Assembly (NCBI GenBank): GCA_902792085.1
Contig: CADAYE010000002.1
Span: 2,713-66,712, forward strand
Direction of reading: 5' to 3'
Origin: an uncultured bacterium
GTDB taxonomy: Bacteria > Cyanobacteriota > Vampirovibrionia > Gastranaerophilales > Gastranaerophilaceae
DNA length: 64,000 bases
In this document: positions 1-8,612 of the stretch, one piece after another
Numbering within the stretch: position 1 is the stretch's first letter
Layout of the letters: each line of letters begins with the position of its first letter
Position numbers and translations under genes: made by a program
The notes under the pieces: model-generated
What the model was told of the DNA's origin: nothing
Database searches by the model: none
What the model saw: the letters and a program-made list of their open reading frames with translations, nothing else

Positions 1-356
1 ATTTCGCTGTAAACTCCTTGCTGTTTTTCTTCAGGTTTTGGACCGTTTATTAAAGCATATACGGAAAATTTTAGTTTTGAACCGTCAATGTCTTCACTGT
101 ATTGGCGTTTCACCGCTTTATAAACTTCTTCGTTATGCTCGTTTTTGCCGATAAAATAAATATTTACATATTCTTTTGTTTTGAGTTCGGGTTTATCTGA
201 CGGGAGTTCTTGTTCGACAGTACTGCGTTTTGAAACTTCGACATCATCAGGTTTTATCTCCGGTTTTGGCATAAATACATTAAAGGCAACAACCCCCAAA
301 ACCAAAATCATGCAAAGCCCGATAAATATTAAAAGAATTTTTTGATTTTTATCCAT
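1..356 (-). CDS. GerMN-domain protein, N-terminal part (3' end runs off the window start)
   Basis: My translation of the - strand from ATG at 356 gives MDKNQKILLIFIGLCMILVLGVVAFNV (TM/signal anchor), then ...KFSVYALINGPKPEEKQQGVYSEI. That resembles the LxxGP...G..S.I signature of GerM/GerMN domains. Absent from the ORF track because it is truncated. Confidence 0.6.
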   Translation of the reverse strand, partial: MDKNQKILLIFIGLCMILVLGVVAFNVFMPKPEIKPDDVEVSKRSTVEQELPSDKPELKTKEYVNIYFIGKNEHNEEVYKAVKRQYSEDIDGSKLKFSVYALINGPKPEEKQQGVYSE

Positions 357-368
357 TTTAAACACCTT

Positions 369-1211
369 TTAATCTTTAGGAATAATGACTACACCTTCAG
401 CATTGATTACATTGTTTTTTATTGCAATATTTCTTATAAAAATTCTTGCATTCTTATTATCAAGAATATTTACTGAAAAATCAAGTGGATTTAGATATTG
501 CATAATAGAATTAACTTTTTTCAAATCAAAATTGAAAGAATTTGATGTGAGCCGTGTATTTTCAAAATTAATTTGTCCGTCTTTAACACTTAAATCCGCA
601 CTCAATGCAAGTTTTTGAACTTTCATAAAAGGTATGCTGATACCGATTGTATAATAAAATTTGTTTCCTCTTATTGATGCTTCTGTTGATGAAACCCTGA
701 TTCCGGCAAATGATTTTTTGTTAAAGTTATTGATGACTTTTTTATATTTTTCTGACTGCATAGTTTTATTTAAGGCATCATTATCCATCTGAATATCAAA
801 TGACATAGGGAAATCTTCTTTAAATTTTAAATTTCCCTTTGTATTGTATTCAACATAATTAAATTCGCACAGTGTCTGCAATTCAATAGAAGATAAATAA
901 ATGTCGTCAATACTTAAATTTTTCCCTGAAACCTTAACAGATTTAAATATCCCGTTTGCCAAATCTTTTGCGCTGTATGAATTAATCGTAACATTCAACT
1001 TGTTACCTTTTACATTTTTATTAATTGATTTTTCAAGCACGGCTTCCGATATTTTCGATTTTGTATAATTCAGACCGAAAATATTACTAAAAAATGATGA
1101 AAATTTGTTGTTCATATTATAAGGTTCCACGCAGGTATATTTACATTCTGCCCCAAACGCGTTTAATGAACATCCAATCAATAATCCTAAAACTATAATT
1201 AACTTTTTCAT
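369..1211 (-). CDS. Hypothetical lipoprotein (possibly DUF2993/LmeA-like)
   Basis: 280-aa ORF with signal peptide and lipobox LLIGC. Its start overlaps the truB stop in an ATGA (1208-1211), suggesting translational coupling. The family assignment is only an impression. Confidence 0.6.
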   Translation of the reverse strand: MKKLIIVLGLLIGCSLNAFGAECKYTCVEPYNMNNKFSSFFSNIFGLNYTKSKISEAVLEKSINKNVKGNKLNVTINSYSAKDLANGIFKSVKVSGKNLSIDDIYLSSIELQTLCEFNYVEYNTKGNLKFKEDFPMSFDIQMDNDALNKTMQSEKYKKVINNFNKKSFAGIRVSSTEASIRGNKFYYTIGISIPFMKVQKLALSADLSVKDGQINFENTRLTSNSFNFDLKKVNSIMQYLNPLDFSVNILDNKNARIFIRNIAIKNNVINAEGVVIIPKD

Positions 1212-2086
1212 AACACCTCAAAAACTTTCTTAATTCTTATAACTTTATCATTAATCTGTCCGACTGCAATTATTTTACCACCATAAATGAGAAATACAAT
1301 AGAATCGCATAAATCTGTAAATTGTTTTTGTTCTCGAATATTTAACGCTATTCCATGCATAACTTTTTCTTTTTCTTTTTCATTAAGAATGTATTTTTTG
1401 CCTGAAAGCACATCAATAGGGTTGATAAGATGTTCTCTTACATCGTTTTCCCCTTTTATATCGTCAAGTTTTACAGCGTTTTCAACCGTAAATTTCCCTG
1501 CCTTTGTCCTCTCAAGTGCAATCAAATGTCCTCCGCAATTAAGTTTTTGCCCTATATCATAGGCAATAGAGCGAATATATGTTCCTTTTGAGCATCCGAT
1601 AATGATTTTTGCAATTTGGTTTTGTTTATCAAACTCAAGAAGTTCAATTTTTGAAATATAAACTTTTCGTGGTTTGATTTCAACCTCTTGTCCTTTTCGT
1701 GCGTATTCATAAAGTTTTTTCCCGTGTACTTTTATTGCGGAATATTTTGGCGGATATTGTTCGATTTCACCTTTAAAATCATTTAAAGCCATTTCAAGTT
1801 GAGATTTTGAAATTTCGGTTTCATAAGTTTTTACAATTTGTCCATCCAAATCATAAGTATCAGTATCCGCACCGAATTTGACAGTTGCGATATATTCTTT
1901 GTTATCATCAAGATATTCTATTAGTCTTGTGGACTTACCAATACAAACAGGCAAGACTCCGGTTGCAAAAGGGTCTAATGTCCCGCTGTGTCCGATTTGC
2001 TTAATATGAGTAATTTTGCGCAAAATTGCAATAACATCAAAAGATGTCATTTTTTCAGGCTTATATATGTTGATAAAGCCAAACAA
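1208..2086 (-). CDS. truB: tRNA pseudouridine(55) synthase TruB
   Basis: GHSGTLDPFATGVLPVCIGKSTR catalytic-Asp motif. Lies directly downstream of rbfA, the canonical order. Confidence 0.95.
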   Translation of the reverse strand: MFGFINIYKPEKMTSFDVIAILRKITHIKQIGHSGTLDPFATGVLPVCIGKSTRLIEYLDDNKEYIATVKFGADTDTYDLDGQIVKTYETEISKSQLEMALNDFKGEIEQYPPKYSAIKVHGKKLYEYARKGQEVEIKPRKVYISKIELLEFDKQNQIAKIIIGCSKGTYIRSIAYDIGQKLNCGGHLIALERTKAGKFTVENAVKLDDIKGENDVREHLINPIDVLSGKKYILNEKEKEKVMHGIALNIREQKQFTDLCDSIVFLIYGGKIIAVGQINDKVIRIKKVFEVL

Positions 2087-2434
2087 TTACTTGATTTCCC
2101 CTTTTGAAATTTTGTTTAACAAATCAACAACTCTTGAAGATTGTTCAAGACCGTCAGTATAAACAAATTTGAGTTCCGGAGTAAGACGCAGACGAAGTTG
2201 TTTCCCGACATTATAACGAATTTTCGGGGTTGATTTTTCTATGACTTCTTTTGTTGTTTCAATATCTTCTGCTGAACCCAAAACACTGTATATCACTCTT
2301 GCAAATGAATTATCATGAGAAACTTCAACATCAACAATAGACACAACTCCCTTTAAACCTCTGATTTCTTTTCTCAAAATATCAGAGATATCACGCATTA
2401 GTTCTTTTCTGACTCTTTCGTTTCTCAATGTCAT
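2087..2434 (-). CDS. rbfA: Ribosome-binding factor A
   Basis: 115 aa with typical RbfA length and sequence (RVRKELMRDISDIL..., LRLTPELKFVYD). AGGAG precedes the ATG. Confidence 0.9.
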   Translation of the reverse strand: MTLRNERVRKELMRDISDILRKEIRGLKGVVSIVDVEVSHDNSFARVIYSVLGSAEDIETTKEVIEKSTPKIRYNVGKQLRLRLTPELKFVYTDGLEQSSRVVDLLNKISKGEIK

Positions 2435-2458
2435 AATTTTTTCTCCTTAGATAAATAC

Positions 2459-2467
2459 ATTGTAGCA
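2459..2467 (-). promoter_or_regulatory. Candidate extended -10 (TGCTACAAT) for rbfA-truB
   Basis: The - strand reads catTGCTACAATgtatttatctaAGGAGaaaaaattATG. TACAAT is the complement of 2459-2464. Confidence 0.4.
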
Positions 2468-2549
2468 TGAAAATGCATATTTTTATCAGGCAATTATATA
2501 TTATTTACCACAAAATTTTGGCAAAATGGTTATCCCTAACGGATAATCA

Positions 2550-2593
2550 CCCACCCAAATTTCTAAATTTCACATTCTGTTAAATTGGGTGGG
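2550..2593. repeat. GC-rich hairpin CCCACCCAA(A)TTT / AAATTGGGTGGG
   Basis: Arms at 2550-2562 and 2582-2593 are complementary, 12 bp with one bulged A. It stands out in an AT-rich spacer. Confidence 0.5.
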
Positions 2594-2616
2594 CGCTGAT
2601 TTTAACCTATTTTTGT

Positions 2617-2637
2617 GGTAACTCCTATATAGTTACC
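2617..2637. repeat. Solo palindrome GGTAACT-cc-TATATAGTTACC resembling the termini of the 40505 and 46618 elements
   Basis: TATATAGTTACC is the exact reverse complement of GGTAACTATATA, the left end of the element at 46618. Confidence 0.35.
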
Positions 2638-2640
2638 TTT

Positions 2641-2675
2641 TATTAAATAAAAAGTCTGCACTTTTGGTACAGACT
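2641..2675 (-). terminator. Intrinsic terminator, - strand only
   Basis: The - strand reads AGTCTGTAC-CAAAA-GTGCAGACT, a 9-bp stem including one U.G pair, followed by TTTTTATTTAATA. On the + strand the same position is a C.A mismatch. Confidence 0.6.
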
Positions 2676-3037
2676 ATATTGAAGTTTACAACTATCCTAT
2701 TTACTCTCTTCTTAAAGTTTTTTACTTTACTCCCTAATAAACCAGATATATAAAATGAAACTTTATTTATCTTTTATGATTATTTTTTGTTAAAACTTAT
2801 CCCTAAATCTCTTTTACTCCAAAATATCGTTCAATCATCTCTTTCCCTTTCCAAACTACTTAGCCATCACCTCTGTTCTTTCTTCATACTCACTATCTTT
2901 ACTACTTACCTTAAAATGACCTATCCCGAAGGTCACCCCCCTAAACTATCCGGCAGCCTTTCTCTGATCGGCTTGCTTTCTATGTATTTAAATTTAGACC
3001 TAATTCTTCATGATTACAAGTAAAAAAAAATTATTAT
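2641..3037 (-). ncRNA. Candidate ~400-nt G-rich, C-poor non-coding transcript (class unknown)
   Basis: No - strand ORF of 60 aa or more in the track. Strong skew, with 41 C versus 8 G on + in 2701-2880 (hand count). Terminator at 2641-2675 and a possible -35/-10 TTTACT-18-TATTGT (complement of 3073-3044). GGAUAG/GGGAUAA occurs five times across the 2435-3198 gap. The 5' end is a guess. Confidence 0.35.
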
Positions 3038-3216
3038 TTTTTTACAATAGACCATGCCCTTTGATAGAGTAAAACAAAATTCGTGTTATAAAATCTTAAT
3101 GAAGATAACTTAATGAAATCTTGTAAATATTTTGCGAAATTTTATTTGACAATATAAAATTAGTGTGAAGGAATTAGCATGCTTTTTCCATAAATATATT
3201 GAGATTTAGGTATTTT

Positions 3217-4161
3217 ATGAAACGATTCATGGAAACAAATACAGTCACTCACAACCTCATGTCATTTAGCGGGTTTAAAGCCATGCTCATTTTTTCCATG
3301 CTTGTAAAAAGTCCAAAAACTTATGATGAAATAAAAAAAGAAATTGAAAATAATGAGTATTTAAAAGAAACCGTATCGACAGATACAATAAGAATTTATA
3401 TGAATTCTCTAAAGCAAGTCGGCTGCCAAATAAAAAGAATAAATGAAGGCAGAATTGTTAAATATTATATTGATTCTCATCCTTTTTCCCTGAAAATATC
3501 CGATTCTCAGGTGAAAAGTATCATAAAAGTGTATAAGGCTATTTCAAAATCAATTGAAATAGCTGATTTTCTCGAACTTCATGCTTTTTTTGATAAAATT
3601 TCTCCATATATTTCAAATGAAGATTTAAAGTTAAAATTAAAAAAATTATCTCCAATAGGTAATATTGATTACGATTTAATATCAGATTTGATGAAATATG
3701 CAAAGAATAATACCGAGATTACAATTTTATATAATGCAAAAAATTCGGGCAAAAGAAAAGAAATAGATATAATTACTGACAAAATGAGCATTATAAACGG
3801 AAAACTTTATTTGACCGGATATAATTCCGAATATAAAAATTATGGTGAATTTTTAGTCTCTAATATAATTAAGATTGTCAGTGTAAATATGCAGTCGCCA
3901 AAATTGGAATCACCTGAATACATTATACGCTATGAGTATTTAAAAGATGATAATACAGTATTTGAGCCAAATGACGAAGAAACAATTACAGAAGAAACAG
4001 AAAATCATGTAATAGTTGAAATAAAGTCGCGCAACAAATTTGCAATTATGCAAAGAATTTTATCTCACTCAAGCAGATGCAGAGTACTTTCTCCTGAAAA
4101 TTACAGACAAGAAATTATTGCAATTCTCAAAAATATGAAAGAAGGATACATTGAAGAATAA
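3217..4161 (+). CDS. HTH-WYL-WCX transcriptional regulator (YafY/PafB-like), copy 1
   Basis: N-terminal winged-HTH-like segment (YDEIKKEI...DTIRIYMNSLKQVGCQIKR). WYL-like core ITILYNAKNSG...INGKLYLTGYNSEYKNYGEFLVSNIIKI. C-terminal WCX-like RCRVLSPENYRQEII. The track ORF starts at TTG 3199; in-frame ATGs lie at 3217 and 3229. Confidence 0.75.
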   Translation: MKRFMETNTVTHNLMSFSGFKAMLIFSMLVKSPKTYDEIKKEIENNEYLKETVSTDTIRIYMNSLKQVGCQIKRINEGRIVKYYIDSHPFSLKISDSQVKSIIKVYKAISKSIEIADFLELHAFFDKISPYISNEDLKLKLKKLSPIGNIDYDLISDLMKYAKNNTEITILYNAKNSGKRKEIDIITDKMSIINGKLYLTGYNSEYKNYGEFLVSNIIKIVSVNMQSPKLESPEYIIRYEYLKDDNTVFEPNDEETITEETENHVIVEIKSRNKFAIMQRILSHSSRCRVLSPENYRQEIIAILKNMKEGYIEE

Positions 4162-5095
4162 TAATTTAAAAATCAATAACGGATGTATTAATATCTTCAG
4201 ATTCCTTATGCTTTTGTATAATGATGAGGCTGATTATAATGCAGTTTATAATATTTTTAAAACAGATATCATTGAAGACGGTAAAGTTTATGATGAAAAG
4301 AAATTGAATAATTTGATTCAGGTAGTAATAAACAAATATATAAATGCCTTGAAAGTTTTTGGGGTAAAAATCAGAAAAGAAAAGCACAAATATAAACTTG
4401 AAAGCAGCCTGTATTCTGTCGAATATTGCGCAAGTGATTTAAAAGCATTAAGCCTTATTGTCGGAGCAAGCAGAAATCTGCCAGATGAAAACATTACTGG
4501 AAATATTGAAGAATTAAAATCAAGTCTATTTTTGAGAATGAGTAATTTCGATAAAAATACATTCAATTTTTTAAGTATGAAAAAAGATTTTTCATTTTTC
4601 TATACGGATTTAAAAGACCAAATAGAGCAATGCAAAAATTATTGCAAGGATAATGTGATTTTAGATATTACTTACTTAAAAAGAAATAAAGACATGCATT
4701 CAAAATGCAAACCCAAAGAAGTTACTTATGATGTAAAAACGGCTTACTTAAATGCTTATGACACAGTTAAAAAAGAAAATATTGAAATTGCTCTGCCAAA
4801 TATTTTGTCGATTAAAGTCCTTCCAAACAGAAGTTCAAATTATGAAAGCACTACAACTGTTGTTTATAAATTAAAAGGCAGACTTGCTAAAACATACAAA
4901 CTCAAAGACGGAGAGAAACTTCAGGATACAAAGAATGGAGAAATAATTGTAAGCAATTCGGGTGAACCGTTGGATAAATTGTTTTCACGGCTTATGCGGT
5001 ATGCTGATCTTTGCGAGATTATTACCCCGAAATTTATCAGAAATGATATGGTTAATCTTATAAATGAAACTCTAAAATTGTATGAAAATGAATAA
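4151..5095 (+). CDS. WYL-WCX domain protein (PafC-like partner), copy 2
   Basis: WYL-like core VILDITYLKRN...VKTAYLNAYDTVKKENIEIALPNILSIKVL. C-terminal LCEIITPKFIRNDMVNLI. The TTG start overlaps the upstream gene by 11 nt. Confidence 0.65.
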   Translation: MKNNNLKINNGCINIFRFLMLLYNDEADYNAVYNIFKTDIIEDGKVYDEKKLNNLIQVVINKYINALKVFGVKIRKEKHKYKLESSLYSVEYCASDLKALSLIVGASRNLPDENITGNIEELKSSLFLRMSNFDKNTFNFLSMKKDFSFFYTDLKDQIEQCKNYCKDNVILDITYLKRNKDMHSKCKPKEVTYDVKTAYLNAYDTVKKENIEIALPNILSIKVLPNRSSNYESTTTVVYKLKGRLAKTYKLKDGEKLQDTKNGEIIVSNSGEPLDKLFSRLMRYADLCEIITPKFIRNDMVNLINETLKLYENE

Positions 5096-5125
5096 AAGAC
5101 CGAAAATATTTAAATTTTCGGTCTT
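5096..5125. terminator. Bidirectional intrinsic terminator
   Basis: Perfect 12-bp stem AAGACCGAAAAT / ATTTTCGGTCTT (5096-5107 and 5114-5125). T-run on the - strand side. Lies between convergent genes. Confidence 0.75.
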
Positions 5126-5174
5126 CTTACACACTACACACTAATTATATTTTACTTCACACTTTAATTTTTAT

Positions 5175-6020
5175 TTAGGTTGAAATTTTGCTTGTTAAAA
5201 TAGAACCTAAGGCAACGAGCCCTGCAACTGCCGCGCCGATAAATCCTGCTTTAGTTGTAAGGAATTTTGTTGCACCTTTCAAGATACTTCCACTGTGTCC
5301 TGCAAGCATTTTTGCTGCTCCGTATGCAGTTGCACCAATAACTCCAATACCTGCTATTCTGCCGATATTTTGTTCGGTTTTTTCACCTGTCGGTACTGAT
5401 TGATGCGTAATATCTGCAATATTGTCTTCTGCCGAGCGTCTGCTATATGTGTTCAATGTAACAGACTGTATCAAACCCTGAAGGAATGAACTGTGACCGT
5501 TTTCACGCAAATCCTGAACTAAAGTTTTACCGTTCATCTGGGTATATAGCGATAATGCACGGCTGTTTATTTCTTCTGTGCTTGCTTCTCCATAGGCATT
5601 TTTTACGGCATCTAAGTATTTTTGATATGCTTCCGGTACTTGATCCTGTTCATTTTGTAAAATCTTGTCTTTGAGATTTGCTGCAGTTTCCTGTACTGCT
5701 TCCATTGCGCCGTTAAGTTTTATATCGTTGTTTCTTTGCATTTTTTGAGAATCAACATAGTAATTGTTCCAATTTTGCTGATAATTTTTCATATTATCAA
5801 AATAAGAACTATCCATACTGCCCATTCCCATACCAAATGCAGGTGCGCAAAACCCCATTCCCATAGGATTGAATATACTTCCGCTCATTCCCATTGCGCC
5901 TGTATAAGAGCCCATAGATGTCATATCTATTTTGTCAAAGTCGCAAGAAAACGGAGAACTCATAGGCATATATTGAAATTTGCCAAGGTTCAGCGGTTGT
6001 ATTGAACTGACATTGTCCAT
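5175..6020 (-). CDS. Hypothetical Met/Gly-rich, C-terminally TM-anchored protein
   Basis: ORF in track. I prefer the ATG at 6020, preceded by GGAGG, over the TTG at 6032. Contains MGMSGSIFNPMGMGFCAPAFGMGMGSM and a Gly/Ala-rich hydrophobic C-terminus. Confidence 0.65.
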   Translation of the reverse strand: MDNVSSIQPLNLGKFQYMPMSSPFSCDFDKIDMTSMGSYTGAMGMSGSIFNPMGMGFCAPAFGMGMGSMDSSYFDNMKNYQQNWNNYYVDSQKMQRNNDIKLNGAMEAVQETAANLKDKILQNEQDQVPEAYQKYLDAVKNAYGEASTEEINSRALSLYTQMNGKTLVQDLRENGHSSFLQGLIQSVTLNTYSRRSAEDNIADITHQSVPTGEKTEQNIGRIAGIGVIGATAYGAAKMLAGHSGSILKGATKFLTTKAGFIGAAVAGLVALGSILTSKIST

Positions 6021-6188
6021 AACTACCTCCAAAATAAATTAACCTTTTTTACCTACCTTACCTATATAAAAAATTTTTTTTTCTAATAATTGCTTTTTTA
6101 GTTTTTTTTGTAACATTTTTGTTACATTATTTGGTTGATGTGGAATAAAGCCATATCGGTTAATATAAAAATGTATAGGACTATATTA

Positions 6189-7334
6189 ATGAAAAAAGGC
6201 TGTTTCAGAAGATTTATTTCCGCAATATTTTCACTGCTTGTAATTGCAGGGATAGCGGCAGCAGTATATTTTAATCAGGGATTTATAAAAACTCATATTA
6301 TAAACCGAGCAAAAGGTATGTATTATGTTCACAAAGGAGATGAAGCATACCGCAAAATGAAAACGAATAAAGCGATTAAGTTTTACAATAAAGGTTTGAA
6401 ACTCTTCCCCGGGCACTATACAGCATGGTATAATCTTGGGAATATTTATGTTTCTTATGAAGATTATTATTCTGCACTTTATTCATACTCGCAAGCCTTT
6501 AAACATAATCCAAAAATGATGGTTGCAAGGATGAATTATGGTATTGTTGCCACTCAAAAACTCGGGAATTTTGATATTGCAATTGACCAGTTTAACAAAA
6601 TTGTAAAAACTAAACGCAAATTGTTGTCTATTCCTTATATATTTAATAACAGGGTAAGTACAAAAGCAAACAGGGCTATTGCGTATTATAATATCGGTGT
6701 CACATACAGATTAAAATCGCTTTATGAAAATGAAGATTGGGAAAAACAAAGAAAATATCTTGCAAAAGCCATTGAGAACTATAAAAAATCCTTAAAAATT
6801 GCCCCAAAAAGTTACGATACACTATACAATTTGGGTGTTGCATATCATATAGCAGGCAGATATGATGATGCCGGAATACAATATTGTAAAGCAATAGAAG
6901 TTCAGCCTATGAGTTATGAAGCGCACTACAATCTTGCAGTGCTTTTAAGGCGATTGAGATACTTTGAAGAATCTTATGAAGAAATAGAAAAAGCGGCAAC
7001 TCTTGTTTCTGCGCTTAATGAAAACAGTGCGCAACAACAATATGTGGCAATTGTTATGAATGATATTATGCGCACAATGTATGGCAGCGAGGAATATCGC
7101 AAGCAATTGAAAACATTTTTAAACGAAGAAAAAAATAAGACTGCTGAACACATAAAAACAGAGTCAAAAGCAAAAGAAACCAAAAAAGATAAAGAAAAAG
7201 GAACAGTGACAACTGAAAGCGTTAATTTGGTAAACGGCAGGGTAGTTGTTACAGAAGAACTTGATAAAGCGATACTTAAAAGTTTTGGCAAATGTCCGAC
7301 AATGAAACTTTTTACTCACGAAGATGATGATTAG
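6189..7334 (+). CDS. TPR-repeat protein with N-terminal TM segment
   Basis: Repeated TPR-like A..YNLG..Y...G.Y..A...Y..A units. TM segment FISAIFSLLVIAGIAAAVYF. Start is uncertain among 6135 (TTG) and in-frame ATGs at 6138, 6171 and 6189. Confidence 0.7.
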   Translation: MKKGCFRRFISAIFSLLVIAGIAAAVYFNQGFIKTHIINRAKGMYYVHKGDEAYRKMKTNKAIKFYNKGLKLFPGHYTAWYNLGNIYVSYEDYYSALYSYSQAFKHNPKMMVARMNYGIVATQKLGNFDIAIDQFNKIVKTKRKLLSIPYIFNNRVSTKANRAIAYYNIGVTYRLKSLYENEDWEKQRKYLAKAIENYKKSLKIAPKSYDTLYNLGVAYHIAGRYDDAGIQYCKAIEVQPMSYEAHYNLAVLLRRLRYFEESYEEIEKAATLVSALNENSAQQQYVAIVMNDIMRTMYGSEEYRKQLKTFLNEEKNKTAEHIKTESKAKETKKDKEKGTVTTESVNLVNGRVVVTEELDKAILKSFGKCPTMKLFTHEDDD

Positions 7335-7349
7335 CAGATAATTTCTTTA

Positions 7350-8612
7350 TTAAGAATTAAAAGGTGTTTGGTTTTCAAATCTTGCACCAAGGTGAATTTG
7401 TTCTTTTGAAACAAATTTCAATCCACCGTCAATATTGAGATAAACTCCGTCAGACGGAAATTTTACAGTTTTTGTTCCCTCGCTTGAAACTGCACTAATT
7501 GTGCCATCGTCGTTATATGTATAATTAACTTTATATGTAGGCTCAGGATTACCTGCGCTGTATCGTGCTCCGCTAACAGGTTTTCCGTTATCGTAAGATA
7601 CAATCCATAAACCTAATGAAGTTCTTGAACTGTCGTATTTTGCGAGCATTTTTACTTCCCCGTCAGCGCCAAGAACACGCATTTCTGAACCGCAAACTTC
7701 GTAGGTGCAATTTTCTCCGGGGATAGAAAGAATTTTACCTCCGTCTTCTTTTACACCTGTAATAGTTGTACCTTGAGGAAGTGTGCCCTCTGCAATACTT
7801 TTTTCAAGATATGCAATTTCATTTTCAGGTGTTCTTTGGGGTTGTAAGATTGTTTCACCTGATAGATATGACAGCGGCTTAAATCCGCCTTTCATGCTTC
7901 CAAGTAGATTCAGCATGTATTCAGGTGTTGGCATAACAGGAGATTTCCCTGCTGATGAATTGTATGAAACGAGAATTTCTTTAACATTATCAGGTGTAAT
8001 TGGCAATTCAACAACCGTTCTTGCCATATCAGGAGTTTGAATCAGTTGGCTGAAAACTTTATCTTGTGCTGTTTTTGTTTCAACAATAGTTCCTGCCGGC
8101 ATTTCAAATTCTTCGCCGTTAATATTCATTTTTCCGTTTTCTGAATATATTTGGTAACAGATTATTGAGCCGTCCTCAAAATTTATTTCCTGTGTTTGTG
8201 TTCCGTCATTATTGTCTTTTAATTTTATTTTAACATCTTTGCCTTGATATTTCCCTGATATGGTATCTTCAGAAACAGCAGTAAAAGTTGTGTTTTTAAA
8301 ATTCGCAGTTCTGTATGCGCTATATTCCTGCAGAAGCATGCAATCGTTATCTATTTCAGCAAATGAATTTGTTGCAGCAATTACTCTTTGTTCATTGGCA
8401 GCATTAAATTTTTTTACCGCACCTTTTGTCTTTTCTTGCGGTGTTTGAGGCTGTATATCAGAATGTTCAACTTCATTCGGGTTTGGTAAATTTTTGTTTT
8501 TATTGTTGCCGTTATCAATTGTTTTCTTCGGAACTATACCCTTAACCCTTGCTCCAAATTTTTGCAGTGCGTTTGAAACATGAGGAAACATAACATTAGT
8601 TATATGAACCAT
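7350..8612 (-). CDS. Hypothetical protein, beta-rich
   Basis: 420-aa ORF with AAGGAG upstream of the ATG. No recognisable catalytic motif. Confidence 0.6.
   Translation of the reverse strand: MVHITNVMFPHVSNALQKFGARVKGIVPKKTIDNGNNKNKNLPNPNEVEHSDIQPQTPQEKTKGAVKKFNAANEQRVIAATNSFAEIDNDCMLLQEYSAYRTANFKNTTFTAVSEDTISGKYQGKDVKIKLKDNNDGTQTQEINFEDGSIICYQIYSENGKMNINGEEFEMPAGTIVETKTAQDKVFSQLIQTPDMARTVVELPITPDNVKEILVSYNSSAGKSPVMPTPEYMLNLLGSMKGGFKPLSYLSGETILQPQRTPENEIAYLEKSIAEGTLPQGTTITGVKEDGGKILSIPGENCTYEVCGSEMRVLGADGEVKMLAKYDSSRTSLGLWIVSYDNGKPVSGARYSAGNPEPTYKVNYTYNDDGTISAVSSEGTKTVKFPSDGVYLNIDGGLKFVSKEQIHLGARFENQTPFNS

Noticed and set aside
2787-3023. 78-aa + strand ORF in the rbfA/WYL gap
   Set aside because: It has a TTG start and no SD. 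Its Leu/Ser/Ile-rich composition simply reflects the pyrimidine-rich strand. I treat the region as non-coding.
6109-6126. Perfect palindrome TGTAACA-tttt-TGTTACA and related TGTAAC/TTTACA motifs at 8704-8720, 29826-29842, 36978-37007 and 43083-43110, considered as a shared regulator site (NtcA/CRP-like)
   Set aside because: The spacing is GTA-N10-TAC, not the NtcA GTA-N8-TAC. TTTACA and TGTAAA are near-consensus -35 hexamers expected on both strands of divergent AT-rich promoters. The 29826 copy lies in the loop of the trxA terminator. Evidence for a dedicated regulon is insufficient.
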